Shown: positions 1 to 7,865 of the stretch, one piece after another | Layout of the letters: each line of letters starts with the position of its first letter | Position numbering within the stretch: the stretch's first letter is position 1 | Assembly: GCA_046754105.1 (NCBI GenBank) | Contig: JBHHVD010000002.1 | Coordinates: 16,484 to 80,483, forward strand | Origin: Candidatus Krumholzibacteriia bacterium | GTDB lineage: Bacteria > Krumholzibacteriota > Krumholzibacteriia > WVZY01 | Reading direction: 5' to 3' | DNA length: 64,000 nt | Program-made: the position numbers and the translations under genes | Notes under the pieces: generated by a model | Told to the model about the DNA's origin: nothing | Databases searched by the model: none | What the model saw: the letters and a program-made list of their open reading frames with translations, nothing else

Positions 1-1
1 C

Positions 2-262
2 CGGGCACAGGTATATCGCGAGGGCACGGCCCGCGTCGAATCCGGGGATATGCTCTGCCTCTATACCGACGGTGTGACCGAGCAGACCGGTGAGAACGAA
101 CAGGAATTCGGAGAATCCGGTCTGATCGACTTTCTGAGGGCGAACAGAAACTTACCGCTTTCGCAACTCCAGGACACGCTTTTTGCCCGGGTTCTTGACT
201 TTGGCCAAGGCGTGCAGCACGACGACGTTACGTGCATAATCGCCCACCATAACGCCGTTTAG
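2..262 (+). CDS. PP2C/SpoIIE (RsbU-like) Ser/Thr phosphatase, C-terminal part (5' truncated)
   Basis: GDMLCLYTDGVTE...EFG and DDVT motifs; frame is open to the window start. Confidence 0.85.
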   Translation, partial: RAQVYREGTARVESGDMLCLYTDGVTEQTGENEQEFGESGLIDFLRANRNLPLSQLQDTLFARVLDFGQGVQHDDVTCIIAHHNAV

Positions 263-280
263 ACCCTCCTGGGGCAGCTC

Positions 281-295
281 TGGAACGCTTCTTGC
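281..295 (+). promoter_or_regulatory. sigma54 (-24/-12) promoter-like motif
   Basis: TGGAACG-CTTC-TTGC versus consensus TGGCACG-N4-TTGC; exact GG-N10-GC spacing. Confidence 0.6.
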
Positions 296-366
296 GGCAG
301 CCATAGATCGCAATCCACACAACACCATGAGCAGGTAAGTCGAAACCCTACCAAGGGGGGTACGTT

Positions 367-414
367 ATGCGTAAGATTTGCCTTATCGATCTACTCTGGT
401 GGTTAAGAAGGTGA
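367..414 (+). CDS. putative 15-aa peptide MRKICLIDLLWWLRR (leader-peptide or small-toxin like)
   Basis: ATG367..TGA414; AAGGGGGG SD-like run 6 nt upstream; tandem TGG TGG; hairpin follows. Confidence 0.45.
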   Translation: MRKICLIDLLWWLRR

Positions 415-420
415 GCCATT

Positions 421-482
421 CGGTGTTCCCGTTTGCTCAGCATGTGGTTGCGCGCAACCGGGAACACCGCCCTTCTCTCTCT
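421..482 (+). terminator. hairpin with pyrimidine tail after the small ORF
   Basis: CGGTGTTCCCG (421-431) / CGGGAACACCG (459-469), perfect 11-bp stem, then CCCTTCTCTCTCT. Confidence 0.45.
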
Positions 483-679
483 CCCGATCCCCAGCGATCA
501 CGGGAACCTCCTTTAAGTTAGCCCCATATCCAATTACCACACAAAGCGTTACGACATCGACGTGGCCCCGGGAGCCGTACGGCGCGCCCCCACGGGGCGT
601 CCAGAAACCACTTTAGGTGACCCGGTTAATACCCTGTCAACGGTCCATATGTCGTCGGGGCAATTTTTTCGTTTGCGGG

Positions 680-709
680 TTGACAATTTTGAAGGGGTCC
701 GTCTATACT
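680..709 (+). promoter_or_regulatory. sigma70-type promoter
   Basis: TTGACA (680-685) - 18 nt - TATACT (704-709). Confidence 0.7.
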
Positions 710-715
710 AAGAGC

Positions 716-850
716 AACGAGAGTATCCCATTCCTTCGCGTGAGCCCTCTGCTCTCAAGCTAGATTGCTTAAGCGAAGCGGTTGCCGCATGGGCCTCTGA
801 CGGGCATTCGCAACACGGTTGGAAAGGGCTTCTGCTCTCGTTATTTTTTT
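716..850 (+). ncRNA. putative structured small RNA, family unassigned
   Basis: starts ~7 nt after the -10 box; 716-725 pairs with 833-842 and 727-734 with 821-828; internal stems; ends in T7; no credible ORF. Confidence 0.55.
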
Positions 851-908
851 GTGCCCGCGTTTCTGGTGGCACCCGCCACCGCGAGTTTTCCACAAATGAA
901 TAGTCTTG

Positions 909-2297
909 TTATCGACCCATCCGTGCGGCGAGTCTTTCGCTGTGGCGGTGGGCGTTGTCGATGCAATCCACGACCGAAATCCCCGCCCGGTAATTTCCGG
1001 TGACAAAGAGGCCCGGCACTCGCGTCTCGAGGTCCTCGATGGCCTGGACGATGCCACGGTGACCGAGGTTGTACTGCGGGATCGCCCGCGGCCATCGCTT
1101 GACAACGGTGATATCGGGTTGTGTGTCGATACCCATCAGGTCTTGGAGTTCGTCGCGGACGAGTGTAACGAGCTGGTCGTATGACAACGACGCGGCGTGG
1201 GGTGAACGGCCTCCACCCACGTACGTGGTGAGCGCGGCGCCCGCCCGCGGAGCCCTCCCGGCAAATACCGCCGAGTTCCACAGCGTTCCGAGGATTCCAC
1301 GGCGTTCTTTTGCCGGCACGAGAAAGCCGAACCCGTTGAGCCCGTTCGGCACCGGATCGCGGTGATACCCAAAGAAGACGACCGTCACCGGGGGGTACGG
1401 AACGCGTTTGAGCACATCGTGGACCGGTGGGTCGAAATCGAGGTGGACGCCGTCGTAGGCGTACGCGGGGATGGTGAGAACGACGGCCCGGCACCGGAGC
1501 GTGCGTTCGCCTCCACGCGACTGCAGGTGGAGCGCGAAGTCTTCGCCTTCCTTGCGTACCGATCGCACCCGCGTGCCGGTTGCGATCGCCTCGTGCAAAC
1601 GCCCGGCCAGGGCGTCGATGAGGGTTTGCATGCCGCCCTTGAAAGAGAGCATTCCACCCCCGGCGGCCGGTCCCCCGTGACGCTGCCGCCGCTGCCGCCG
1701 ACCCAACACCGCACCGCTGATGAGACTGCCGTAGCGCTGTTCCAGTTCGTAGAGTTTCGGAAAGGCCGCTCGCACGCTGAGGTCCTGGGCGACCCCCGCG
1801 TACACGCCCGCCACGAAGGGGTCGATGGCGTAGTCGAGCATCTCCTGCCCCAGGCGTCGTTTGACGAAGCCCGCAAGCGATTCATCGCGATCGGGGTCGC
1901 CGCGTTTGACAAAGGGCTCGAGCAGAACTCGAAGTTTGGAACGCAGCGAGAAGAGGTCCGTCCGTAGCGCCGAAACGGGGCCGAGTGGTAGTTGCCGGAG
2001 GCGACCGCCGCGAACGATGTAACGCCGCTTCGCCCCGGGCCTGGCGTATTCCAGCGATTGCGAGATCCCGAGCTCGCCGAGCAGCTCATCCACCGCAGCC
2101 GTGGTCTTCAACGCGCTGGTGGGCCCGTGCTCGAAAAGAAATTCGTCGACGCGCTCCGAGTGGATGACGCCGCCGGGCTTGTCGTTCGCCTCGACCACCG
2201 CGGCGTCCACACCCCGTTGTCTCAGAAAGTGTGCGAGGCACAGACCCGTGATCCCGGCCCCGACGATGCCCACCTCGATACGGCCTGGAGCGTTCAT
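909..2297 (-). CDS. hemY: protoporphyrinogen oxidase, HemY type (FAD)
   Basis: GAGITGL dinucleotide fold; EHGP, GVYAG, GFGFLVP and AIPQYNLGH motifs. Confidence 0.92.
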   Translation of the reverse strand: MNAPGRIEVGIVGAGITGLCLAHFLRQRGVDAAVVEANDKPGGVIHSERVDEFLFEHGPTSALKTTAAVDELLGELGISQSLEYARPGAKRRYIVRGGRLRQLPLGPVSALRTDLFSLRSKLRVLLEPFVKRGDPDRDESLAGFVKRRLGQEMLDYAIDPFVAGVYAGVAQDLSVRAAFPKLYELEQRYGSLISGAVLGRRQRRQRHGGPAAGGGMLSFKGGMQTLIDALAGRLHEAIATGTRVRSVRKEGEDFALHLQSRGGERTLRCRAVVLTIPAYAYDGVHLDFDPPVHDVLKRVPYPPVTVVFFGYHRDPVPNGLNGFGFLVPAKERRGILGTLWNSAVFAGRAPRAGAALTTYVGGGRSPHAASLSYDQLVTLVRDELQDLMGIDTQPDITVVKRWPRAIPQYNLGHRGIVQAIEDLETRVPGLFVTGNYRAGISVVDCIDNAHRHSERLAARMGR

Positions 2298-2316
2298 ACG
2301 TACGCGCCTCCGGCGG

Positions 2317-3402
2317 CTAGTATCCCGCCAATAGTCCTTCGTCGAGCAGCTGGGGCTCGTCCTGGCGGCACCAGCCCGAGAGGGTGTCCACCCACCGCGG
2401 ATGGTCGTTGAGGCACGGGATCATCTCGAATTGCCGGCCGCCGGCCGAGAGAAACGCTTCCCTGCCGGCGATGGCGATCTCTTCGAGCGTCTCCAGGCAG
2501 TCGGTGACGAAGGCCGGGCAGATGACTTTCAAGTGCCGGACACCACACCGTGCCAGGCGCAGCAGCTCTTCTGACGTCGCTGGTTTGAGCCACGGGTCTC
2601 TCCCGAGCCGGGATTGAAACGACACCGAGTACTTCCCGCGCGGGATCTGAGCTCGTTGAGCGAGGAGCTCGGTGGTCCTCAGCACCTGGTGCCGGTAACA
2701 CGTGCGATGCGCCGGCGATCTGCGCTCGCAGCACTGCGCTTCCCGCAGGCAGTGGCTACCGGTGGGATCGCTCTTGCGAAGATGCCGCTCCGGCAAACCG
2801 TGGTAACTGAACAGCAGGTGATCCATGTCATCTTCGATCCGCTCGCGCGCGCTCATCCACAACGCGTCGATGTAATCCGGGTGCTCGTAGAACGGTGCCA
2901 TCACGTTCAGTTTAATCGGCCTTCGCGTCTTGTCGACCGCCTTTTTCACCTCGACCACCGAGCTCTCGTAACTGGACATGGCGTAGTGCGGATACAGAGG
3001 GACCATGAGGATCTCTCCGGGCATCCGCTCGTTCGCGATACGGTCGACGACGTCCGGGATGGACGGGTTGCCGTAGCGCATCGCCAGCTCGACCGGCTGT
3101 GACAACTTCTCGGACAGGAGTGCCTGCACCCTGCGGCTGGTAGTGATGAGCGGCGAGCCCGCTGGGGACCAGATCGACCGGTAGGCGGCCGCCGACCGCG
3201 CGGGCCTGAAGGGGAGAATCGTGCACGTCACGATGAACTTCCGCAGGGGCCACGGGACGTCGATCACCCGGCCGTCCATCAAGAACTGGTGAAGGTATCG
3301 ACGAAGGTCGCGTGGCGTGGGTGCGTCCGGCGAGCCGAGGTTGACCAGCAGCACGCAGCGCGCCGGTGTCGGTTGCACGGGCTTGCTCGCGGTCGTGCCC
3401 AT
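2317..3402 (-). CDS. hemH: ferrochelatase
   Basis: LLVNLGSP, AMRYGNP, PLYPHY, FSYHGLP, SFQSRLG and DCLETLEEI motifs. Confidence 0.95.
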   Translation of the reverse strand: MGTTASKPVQPTPARCVLLVNLGSPDAPTPRDLRRYLHQFLMDGRVIDVPWPLRKFIVTCTILPFRPARSAAAYRSIWSPAGSPLITTSRRVQALLSEKLSQPVELAMRYGNPSIPDVVDRIANERMPGEILMVPLYPHYAMSSYESSVVEVKKAVDKTRRPIKLNVMAPFYEHPDYIDALWMSARERIEDDMDHLLFSYHGLPERHLRKSDPTGSHCLREAQCCERRSPAHRTCYRHQVLRTTELLAQRAQIPRGKYSVSFQSRLGRDPWLKPATSEELLRLARCGVRHLKVICPAFVTDCLETLEEIAIAGREAFLSAGGRQFEMIPCLNDHPRWVDTLSGWCRQDEPQLLDEGLLAGY

Positions 3403-4802
3403 CAAACGGTTCGGGAATAGATCTGCTGGCCGCCGTCGCTGCCTTCCTGCAGGTAGCGGTCGAATTCCATGGCGATGTTGCGGATAACCAGGCGGCCGTT
3501 CTCGTGGACCTGCAGCCGGTCGGGCAGGCGGGACACCAGTCCGTCATCGACGAACTTGTCGAGCCGGGCGAGCGAGTCGGCAAAGTAATCGTCGAAGTCG
3601 ACTCCGTATCGACCCTCGACGTGTGACTTGACGACGCGGCTGTTGCACATCAGTTCCGTGATCACGTAGCGACGGAGCTGGTCGTCATCGTCGAGCCGGC
3701 AGCCGGCAAAGATCGGGAGGTTTCCGTTGCTGATTTCGGTCTTGTATTCCTTGATCGTCTTCCGGTTCTGCGCGTAGACGTTTCTCAACTGACTGATCGA
3801 CGACACGCCCATGGCGTAGATCTCCAGTTCGGCGTGCGTACTGTACCCCTGGAAGTTGCGGTGGAGTGAGTGGTCCTCCAGCGCTGCCGACAACTCGTCG
3901 CCCGGCTTGGCGAAATGGTCCATGCCGATATAGACGTACCCGGCACCGGTGAGGCGGTCGATCACCATCTTGAGGATACGGAGGCGATCGCTCGCATCCG
4001 GCAGCGACCTTTCGGCAAAGACCCGCTGATGCTTCTTCAACCACGGCACGTGGGCGTAGTTAAAGACGGCCAGCCGGTCCGGGGAGATATCGACGATCTT
4101 ATCGACCGTCGACTCGTACGACCGCAGAGTTTGATACGGCAGGCCGTAGATCAAATCGACGTTGACCGAGTCGAACTCCAATTCGCGGCTCTTCTCCACC
4201 ACGGCGCGGGTCAGCGCTTCCGGCTGTATGCGGTTGATCGTCTCCTGGACCTTGTCATCGAAATCCTGCACCCCGTAGCTAACGCGGTTGAAGCCCACCT
4301 CGCGGATCACCGGCAGGTGGTCGTCCTCGAGCCGCCGCGGGTCGATTTCGATGCTCACCTCCGCATCGCCGGCGAAATGGAATCTCTTGCGAATGTGGGC
4401 GACGGTCTCCTGTATCTGTACCGGGGTCAGAAACGTAGGCGTACCGCCTCCCCAGTGCATCTGGACGACACGCCGATCCGCTCCCATGAGCCCGGCGACG
4501 AGATCGATTTCCTTGCGCAGGTGCGATAGATAGTCCGAGATCTGGTTGCGATCGTGGGTGATCGTCATGTTGCAGCCGCAGAAGTAACAGAGCGACTGGC
4601 AAAACGGAAAGTGAAAATAGAGGGAGAGCCCGGGAAGGTCGCCGCCCCGGTTGGACGCCACGATCTCTTCCCTGTACTGGTCGGGCCCCAACGCCCCACT
4701 GAAATGCGGCGCGGTCGGGTAGCTGGTATACCTCGGCCCCGGGCGGTCGTATTTCTGCAGCAGCTCGAGGTCAACGCTCATGCCGTGAGTACCATGCGCC
4801 AT
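3402..4802 (-). CDS. hemN: oxygen-independent coproporphyrinogen III oxidase (radical SAM)
   Basis: GPRYTSYPT, CxxxCxxC (CQSLCYFC), GGGTP and HRNFQGY motifs. Confidence 0.96.
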   Translation of the reverse strand: MAHGTHGMSVDLELLQKYDRPGPRYTSYPTAPHFSGALGPDQYREEIVASNRGGDLPGLSLYFHFPFCQSLCYFCGCNMTITHDRNQISDYLSHLRKEIDLVAGLMGADRRVVQMHWGGGTPTFLTPVQIQETVAHIRKRFHFAGDAEVSIEIDPRRLEDDHLPVIREVGFNRVSYGVQDFDDKVQETINRIQPEALTRAVVEKSRELEFDSVNVDLIYGLPYQTLRSYESTVDKIVDISPDRLAVFNYAHVPWLKKHQRVFAERSLPDASDRLRILKMVIDRLTGAGYVYIGMDHFAKPGDELSAALEDHSLHRNFQGYSTHAELEIYAMGVSSISQLRNVYAQNRKTIKEYKTEISNGNLPIFAGCRLDDDDQLRRYVITELMCNSRVVKSHVEGRYGVDFDDYFADSLARLDKFVDDGLVSRLPDRLQVHENGRLVIRNIAMEFDRYLQEGSDGGQQIYSRTV

Positions 4803-4898
4803 GCGGCTCCTGTTAGTGTATTGTATTTGGTTGCAAGGGATTACGCGATGTAAAATCGCACGCTCGCGCTCTGATTAGACACGAAACGCGCGAACACT

Positions 4899-5168
4899 TC
4901 AATAGGTATATAACGCCCGCCGCGGCCCCCGGGCAAGGCCTATCGACGCGGCGTCGCCGCCCGCGTTGCCGAAGATATTGTTGCACAAGAGCGTCGGCGC
5001 GGCGGTTCCGAGACACCGTATGCCCTCACCGTTGACGTTGCCCGCCCCACTGTAGGGGCCCGCAGCGACGAGCACGGTGTCGCCGTCCGCCGCCAGATGG
5101 ATACCGGCCTGGATGGTTGCGGCGTGGCCGGTCACTGCCCGAGGCTTGGCTGCCCCGGGAGCGCCCAT
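4899..5168 (-). pseudogene. remnant of a right-handed parallel beta-helix protein
   Basis: TIQAGI..A.DGDTVLVAAGPYSG N-cap motif joined almost directly to a CNNIFGN end motif; only 89 aa. Confidence 0.55.
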
Positions 5169-5530
5169 AATGGAGCAGATGAAAAGATGCTCGTTATGTG
5201 TTGTGATATAATCACTTAGACAGCGACAACTTCACGGCACGGTGCCCCCCCGGGGGCCCGCCCACACTCGGGCGGGCCTCGGGAACGCCGCCAAACGGCC
5301 GTGGCGATTGTGGGATTTTTTTCGTAGCTTCGGTACCCTCAATTACGTCATTTCCCCAGCGATACACGGCCGGAGGCGGCAAGGGAGAGATTCACGGGCC
5401 ACACCTCCCCCGGATGCCTCGTGGCACCCGTGGCACACCGGTTGTGTCGCCATGGCAGCTCGCTGCTGGAGGTGTACCGCTTCCTTCCGCGACCGCGTAC
5501 GCATGCTGGCAAAAAGCCAGGGTGGCCCGT

Positions 5531-6136
5531 TCAGAAGCGGTAGCCCACTGTCGCCGTGAAGGTGGGCACCACTGCCGTGGCTTCTCCCGGTGCACTGAAC
5601 ACGAAGAAGGTCGGTATCTGAGCGCGGACGTCGAGTTGCTCCGTGAAGCGGTGACCGATACCGAAGTTCACGATCGTGCCGCCCGAGGTCGCATCTTCCG
5701 CCTGCATACTTCCTCCGCCCGGTAGCGCAGTGCCGAGCGAGGTATCGGTCAGGCTGCGTTCTTCCCAATCGACGGAGATGGCGCCCACACCGACACCCGC
5801 GACGAAGTACGGGCCGGGTTTCTCGAGCGAGTACAGAAAAAGGTAATTGGCGATGGCGCCGACGACGAAAATGTCCGTCGTCTCGTCGTAGGTGTGAATG
5901 CCTTCATTGGTCGATTCGTCAAAACTGCCACCGAAGAAGGCAAGGCTCAGCTCGACGCCGTTGAATCCCAGCGCTCTCGTGTAGTTGATCTCGGCTCCGA
6001 ATGCCAGCCCTCCCGATATGTCGGTACCGATACCACCGCGCAGCCCGACCCCGTCCGCCAGTTGGGCGTACGCGGTGCCCCCTACCGCAAAGACGAGGCA
6101 CATCACGATCGATCCGCATCGCATCAGCCTTTTCAT
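5531..6136 (-). CDS. outer-membrane beta-barrel protein (8-stranded, OmpA/porin-like)
   Basis: signal peptide ending AYA; amphipathic strands (PYFVAGVG); C-terminal VGYRF; SD AGAGGAG. Confidence 0.75.
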   Translation of the reverse strand: MKRLMRCGSIVMCLVFAVGGTAYAQLADGVGLRGGIGTDISGGLAFGAEINYTRALGFNGVELSLAFFGGSFDESTNEGIHTYDETTDIFVVGAIANYLFLYSLEKPGPYFVAGVGVGAISVDWEERSLTDTSLGTALPGGGSMQAEDATSGGTIVNFGIGHRFTEQLDVRAQIPTFFVFSAPGEATAVVPTFTATVGYRF

Positions 6137-6265
6137 ACAAACTCCTCTCTCCCCCGGCCTCGGGGGCAATGGTGTTGGACGAACCCCTACGGAAGCGACC
6201 GGGCCGGAATGGTGTCCATTCGCCAGGCCACGGCAGGGGTGCAGCACAGCCCATTATCCTCGCGC

Positions 6266-6294
6266 AGCGTATCAGGGGTGTGAAACGATGTCAA
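6266..6294 (-). promoter_or_regulatory. sigma70-type promoter for the OMP gene
   Basis: TTGACA - 17 nt - TACGCT on the minus strand. Confidence 0.55.
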
Positions 6295-6577
6295 AGGGTA
6301 CACCGGGCGTACGCGCGCCACAAACAGTAGGACACCGTCAATCGACACTTATCACAGACGAATTAGCGTCGATGCGTCCAAAACAGGAATCGCGGGGTCA
6401 GCGGGCCGGGCACCGGAACGGGGGCACTCCGGCTTTAGACAATCCCCGCCGTCGACCCCCATTCCCGCGCGCCGGCCCAAACGGTCGTATGCCGGCCTTG
6501 ACGCATTGAGGTCCGTCCGCCCACGGCAGAACGTCTTTGCCCTCGATCCGCGACCGCTGAAATATTATGATCGTCCG

Positions 6578-7744
6578 ATGATAAACCGGCTCCTCAGACG
6601 CGAGTTCGTCGCCCGCCTCGTCCTCGTCGCCGTGGGCCTCCTCCTGGCTCCGGTGTCTGGAGAGATCGCCCTGCGCATCGTATACGCCGACAAGTTCGGA
6701 AAACGCCCGTTGTTCTACGTCGCGGATGACACGCTGGGATACAAGCCGAATGCGGACCTCGACCACACCTTTTACGGGCGTGATTTCCGCATCACGATGC
6801 GAACCGACGCAGAGGGATACCGGCTCGGCAGCCTCGGCGAGGTGGGCTTCGACAAGCGGCTGGTGCTGTTGTCCGGCGACTCGAACGTATTCGGCTGGGG
6901 CGTATCCACAGACGAGACCTGCGCGTCCTTCCTCGACGAATATCTCTCCGAGATATCGCACGGCGGCACCCGCGTTGTGAATCTGGGTGTGGGCGGCTAT
7001 GGTACCTTGCAATACTACGTGCGGCTGGCCCGCTTTCTCGAACGCCATGCAGAGGCCCAAATCCCCGCGCTGTTCGTCGTCCATGCGCCAAACGACGCCA
7101 CAGACAACGTAGAAGCAACGGCGTACCACGCGGGGTACCGGCAAACACGCGACAAGGCGCCTCGATCGAGAAGCTCGTTTCACATGGTCAACTTCGTCGG
7201 GTATCTTTTGCGCGCCCGCACACACGCGGATTCGCTACGCGAGTCCCCCGGCAAGCAGGGCGTTATCGACCCGTATCTCCAGGATATGCTGTTCGGATTC
7301 GAGCACTCCCATTCCCGGCGCTTCCCTGCACGCATTCGGGTGGGTCGAAGGTCTTTGGACCTCACGGGCGTCACCGCCAGGGACTGGGACGTCATCATGA
7401 CCTACAAGCGCAAGCAGCTGACCCGGATCCAGCGCCAGCTTGCGTTGCTGTCCGTCAACCTGATACACGATGCGCTTGCCGGTCGCAATACGACGATCTT
7501 TCATGTCATTCTCCCCGTCGCCGAGGACTGGTACGCTCTGGAGTGGTCGCGGATATTGAAACGGGCGGCGCCCAGCGAGGGCAATCGGGTCGTGCTGCTG
7601 GGCCGATACCCCGACGTCGCCTCGTACGAAGGAGAGCTGCGAAACGCCCACAGCGGTGGCCATTTCACACCTGCGTTCAACCGTTACTGGGCCGAGAGGC
7701 TCGCCGAGGTCCTGCGGGAACACGAGATCGTCGCGGTCCCGTAG
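6578..7744 (+). CDS. membrane-anchored SGNH/GDSL hydrolase-like protein
   Basis: N-terminal TM helix; GDS block I, NLGVGGYG block II, PND block III; C-terminal GHF. Confidence 0.75.
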   Translation: MINRLLRREFVARLVLVAVGLLLAPVSGEIALRIVYADKFGKRPLFYVADDTLGYKPNADLDHTFYGRDFRITMRTDAEGYRLGSLGEVGFDKRLVLLSGDSNVFGWGVSTDETCASFLDEYLSEISHGGTRVVNLGVGGYGTLQYYVRLARFLERHAEAQIPALFVVHAPNDATDNVEATAYHAGYRQTRDKAPRSRSSFHMVNFVGYLLRARTHADSLRESPGKQGVIDPYLQDMLFGFEHSHSRRFPARIRVGRRSLDLTGVTARDWDVIMTYKRKQLTRIQRQLALLSVNLIHDALAGRNTTIFHVILPVAEDWYALEWSRILKRAAPSEGNRVVLLGRYPDVASYEGELRNAHSGGHFTPAFNRYWAERLAEVLREHEIVAVP

Positions 7745-7865
7745 CCTCCTCTATCGGACGCGCACGACCTGGCGCGCAAGCGCGCTTGCGCGTCCCGCGT
7801 ATGTCACGTGTCATTGATACAGCCCCACGGACGGCGAGGCGCTCTCTACAACAGTGGGCCCCTGC

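Noticed and set aside
327..338. Mini-ORF ATG AGC AGG TAA upstream of the WW peptide
   Set aside because: Three codons and no SD; expected by chance
5241..5249. GGTGCCCCC matching the tRNA-Arg 3' end (possible att site)
   Set aside because: Only 9 nt in GC-rich DNA, and no integrase nearby
5343..5768. Shadow ORF with CHGCH (CxxCH) near the heme operon
   Set aside because: Motif arises from a short GTGGCAC tandem; ORF overlaps the OMP gene and has no signal peptide
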